From Podarcis filfolensis (taxonomy: Eukaryota), in the NCBI GenBank assembly GCA_964270895.1, contig OZ185443.1: a DNA stretch of 64,000 nt; one strand, 5' to 3'. Shown piece by piece: positions 61,218-64,000 of the stretch. Position 1 is the stretch's first letter. The number at the start of each line of letters is the position of its first letter. Made by a program: the position numbers and the translations under genes. Under the pieces are notes generated by a model. The model had not been told where the DNA came from and made no database searches. It was given only the letters and a program-made list of their open reading frames with translations.

Positions 61218-62774
61218 ACACATTGAATGAGGCTCATCTGCCATTGCTTTTTAACAGCACTCATTTGTACCATATGGGATGGTGCTATGTGCCTCAAGCT
61301 CCCCGATTCTATGTACATATATGTGGAAGTAGTATCATGGTGTTCAGCGATACTTCCTATTAAGTATGCTTTAGGAATTCAGTTTTAGGATGCAACAGCT
61401 ATGCTGCTTTTGCATAACACAGAGCATTATCAATAGGCCTTTTGTTCTCCCAAGACTTATGGCAGGAGAACAGAAGGAAAAGGCACACTGCTTTGCAGGT
61501 CATCTAACCTAGCAGAATACATTAGAAATGGTTCATTTTGTGCATGTGTCCCTGGGAAGTAAAGTTCATTCAATATAAAGACAGTTAAACAGATTCAAAT
61601 ACATTACGAAATGTGCAATAATTCTAAAAATTAAGCTGGGTTCTAAAGCAGGCTGCACAAGGCACTGCCTTGTTTGAGCAGTCTGTGGTGGCCTCTGTTT
61701 TTTCCCCAGCCCCATCCCCCTACAAGCTGCCTTCTAGTGGTGGGCTGGAATTTGACTTTCAGGGTATGTCTCAAGTGTTTCTTGGGGGAAGATGTGCTTA
61801 GTATTGCTGCTGCCATGGCACGCACAGCCTGTTTCCAAGCACCCCAACTCATGCAAGGTCATCAGCCGCCTTGCCTTCTGCCACCTGAACCTTGTTCACT
61901 GCCACACAGGATCCGGCACTGGTCTGAGAGCAACTCTTGTAAGCCTGTAGAACTTTTCACTGCCACTTCTCAGCCTCTGACCTCATTGCAGCTTTTATGT
62001 GTCTCCAAAATTTGAACAATGTGCAGCAGAGTCTGCACGTTCATTTTGATGTTTATACCACAAATTGGAACAGCTGGCAAAGGATGCCTTGACAAGGCCT
62101 GAAAACAGCTGCTCTTATCTTAAGCATTCCCCTTTCCCCCCTTTAAGTACTTATGTGTATCCTACCGTTTTGTGCTGCTTCATCTTCTGAAGTCTGACAT
62201 AGTACTGCAATCTGCTGCTGTGACTGCCTCACTTGAGAAGTTTCTACTGTCTTAGCTTAGGCCTCCTTGTTCGATATGTTGCTGATATCGCAGACAGCTG
62301 AGCAAGTTAAGGGTCTTGAGTTCTGGAACAGAAAGGCTGTTGGCTTTGAACAGTGTTTTGAGAGATAGCAGCCACTTTTCCTATGCACCAACTTCACAGC
62401 CCTTGAGGATCTGCTGTGCGCATTCAATTACGCTTGTAAAGCACATGTTTTACAGAAACTTGGTACAACATATGAGGACAAAAATGGCACTCCGATGCAC
62501 AGGCAGACTCAATTTTTCAATTAGCACTTCAAGGGTAACCTGCAAGACCACCCTTGAACGGTGTCCAAAATTCAGGCTGAATACTTGCACTTTTCCACCC
62601 AAAGTTCAGTTCTTTACACATAAAATGTAATGATTCACTAGTTTTAGCATGACTTTTCTATTGTTTTAAGAGTGCTTTAGGCCCTTGAGAGAAGTGGAAT
62701 CCCCAGCATCTTCTGGGAATGTCCCCTATCTGAAACCCTCAAGAGCCGTGGCCAGAGTTATATAGATAATATTG

Positions 62775-62960
62775 AGGCCACATTCACACCATATATATAA
62801 AAGCACTATGACTTTAAATAGCCGTGTCTTCTGCCAAAGTATTCTGGGAGCTGTAGTTCATTAAGGGTGCTGAGAGTGGTTAGGAAATCCCCCTATTCCC
62901 CTCACAGAGCTACAATTCCCAGAGCTCCCAGGGAAGCGGGATTAACTGTTAAACCACTCC
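62775..62960. mobile_element. MITE-like fragment (ccacattcacaccata..ctgggagctgtagtt..ctacaattcccag); related sequence at about 32100-32225
   Basis: Recurring motif with an internal inverted gggagctgtagt/ctacaattccc pair. Confidence 0.5.
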
Positions 62961-63290
62961 CTTACCTCTGTTCCACATGACTGGCTGTTGCTGGCAGGAA
63001 GCCACGGCTTTTCCTAAATGTTGTAGGGAGAGGATAACTATGAACAGCAAACACCACATTTCATTCTGCACCAATAGCGGTAGGAGAGAAACATTGCACC
63101 ATCAGTCAGGTGCCCAACTCAGATGATCAGTGATAGTACCAATAGTCTTTTTTGATAGGAGGTGGTGGCAGGGGGAGACATGCAAGCTTCACAGTGAACT
63201 ATATATTCACTTGAGTGAATGTTTAATTCACAATTAAATCTTGACAATTTAGGGCTCTGACGGGTATCCATTTATCATCTTGGTTTACAG

Positions 63291-63428
63291 CAGGCATAGG
63301 CAAACTTGACCCTCCAGATGTTTTTTAGGACTACAACTCCCATCATCCCTGTCCACTGGTCCTGTTAGCTAGGGATGATGGGAGTTGTAGTTCCAAAACA
63401 TCTGGAGGGCCGAGTTTGCCTATGCCTA
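63291..63428. mobile_element. hAT palindromic MITE (CAGGCATAGGCAAACT, same family as 1525)
   Basis: TIRs plus perfect TSD gtttacag. Confidence 0.92.
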
Positions 63429-64000
63429 GTTTACAGCTATGCTGCTGACAGAAACACTTGTCACAGTACAACTTTCTAACAAGCCTCTGACTCCCACTTA
63501 TTTTCCTGCATTTCTGTTCGCTCCAGTTCCTTCCTATCTATGGCCATAAAATAATGCAGATCCAAACACTAATTTTCTTCCTTTCCTTTGCCAGCCTAGT
63601 ATTCTCCAAAAGAAAAGGGAAGGGTAAGGCAGGGGAGGTCTCTACAGACCCCCTCGGGTGTCAAAGTTCAGCAGAGAGGTCCCTCTTGGTAGTTACACCA
63701 CCCTCAGAATCTCAGGGAGGTGATGGGCTGGGAGAGGACATCCACTGTGGCAGCCCCTTAGTCGTGAAAAACAGCTTTCGGCAAATGCAGAAGACGCAAC
63801 TCTTAGACACCTGCCACCCTATTTTTGCAAACATCAATTGTTTAAGCTGTTTTTAACATTGTATTTTAAATGTTGTAATCTACCTTGGGACCTTAGGGTG
63901 AATGGAGGACAACCTATTAAAATAGTAGTTGTAGTACTTAATAATAATAATAATAATACAGGGAAGGGATTAGGCAATATGAGGTTCTCTTTCGTGGGGA

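Noticed and set aside
60730-64000. Search for the neighbouring gene (HADH lies tail-to-tail with LEF1 in mammals)
   Set aside because: No recognisable coding exon on either strand; only repeats and intergenic sequence.
1-64000. CRISPR-like arrays, rRNA genes, prokaryotic or endogenous viral genes
   Set aside because: Recurrent palindromes are dispersed MITEs with TSDs rather than repeat-spacer arrays; no rRNA gene or viral ORF was recognised.

Overview
Vertebrate genomic DNA, most likely a lacertid lizard: it carries Sauria SINEs, Bov-B, CR1 and L2 fragments and hAT/Tc1 MITEs. The window holds the 3' two-thirds of LEF1 on the + strand. Positions 1-22003 are the end of the large intron 3, followed by exons 4-12 (human numbering), all with canonical AG/GT and exon lengths of 133, 91, 84, 123, 163, 108, 49 and 41 nt. 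These encode the context-regulatory domain, HMG box, basic tail and both known C-termini (N-tail GAAPRMTAAYI, B-tail GGKRNAF...MEAC). The 3'UTR ends near 60505. Almost all ORFs in the supplied track are spurious or repeat-derived. The best candidates for something undescribed are hidden LEF1 exons and regulatory modules: (1) a 29-nt exon-11-like sequence in intron 11 (53045-53073) that would give a third tail, GLGPNMYTF*; (2) a frame-preserving 90-nt cassette candidate in intron 3 (3934-4023); (3) two possible intron-3 internal promoters, a solo LTR and a CCAAT-plus-donor module, that could yield beta-catenin-insensitive LEF1; (4) a CpG-rich TCF/RUNX motif cluster in the last intron. All are manual-inspection hypotheses with no expression or alignment support. 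Repeat family names are from recall and many repeat boundaries are approximate.
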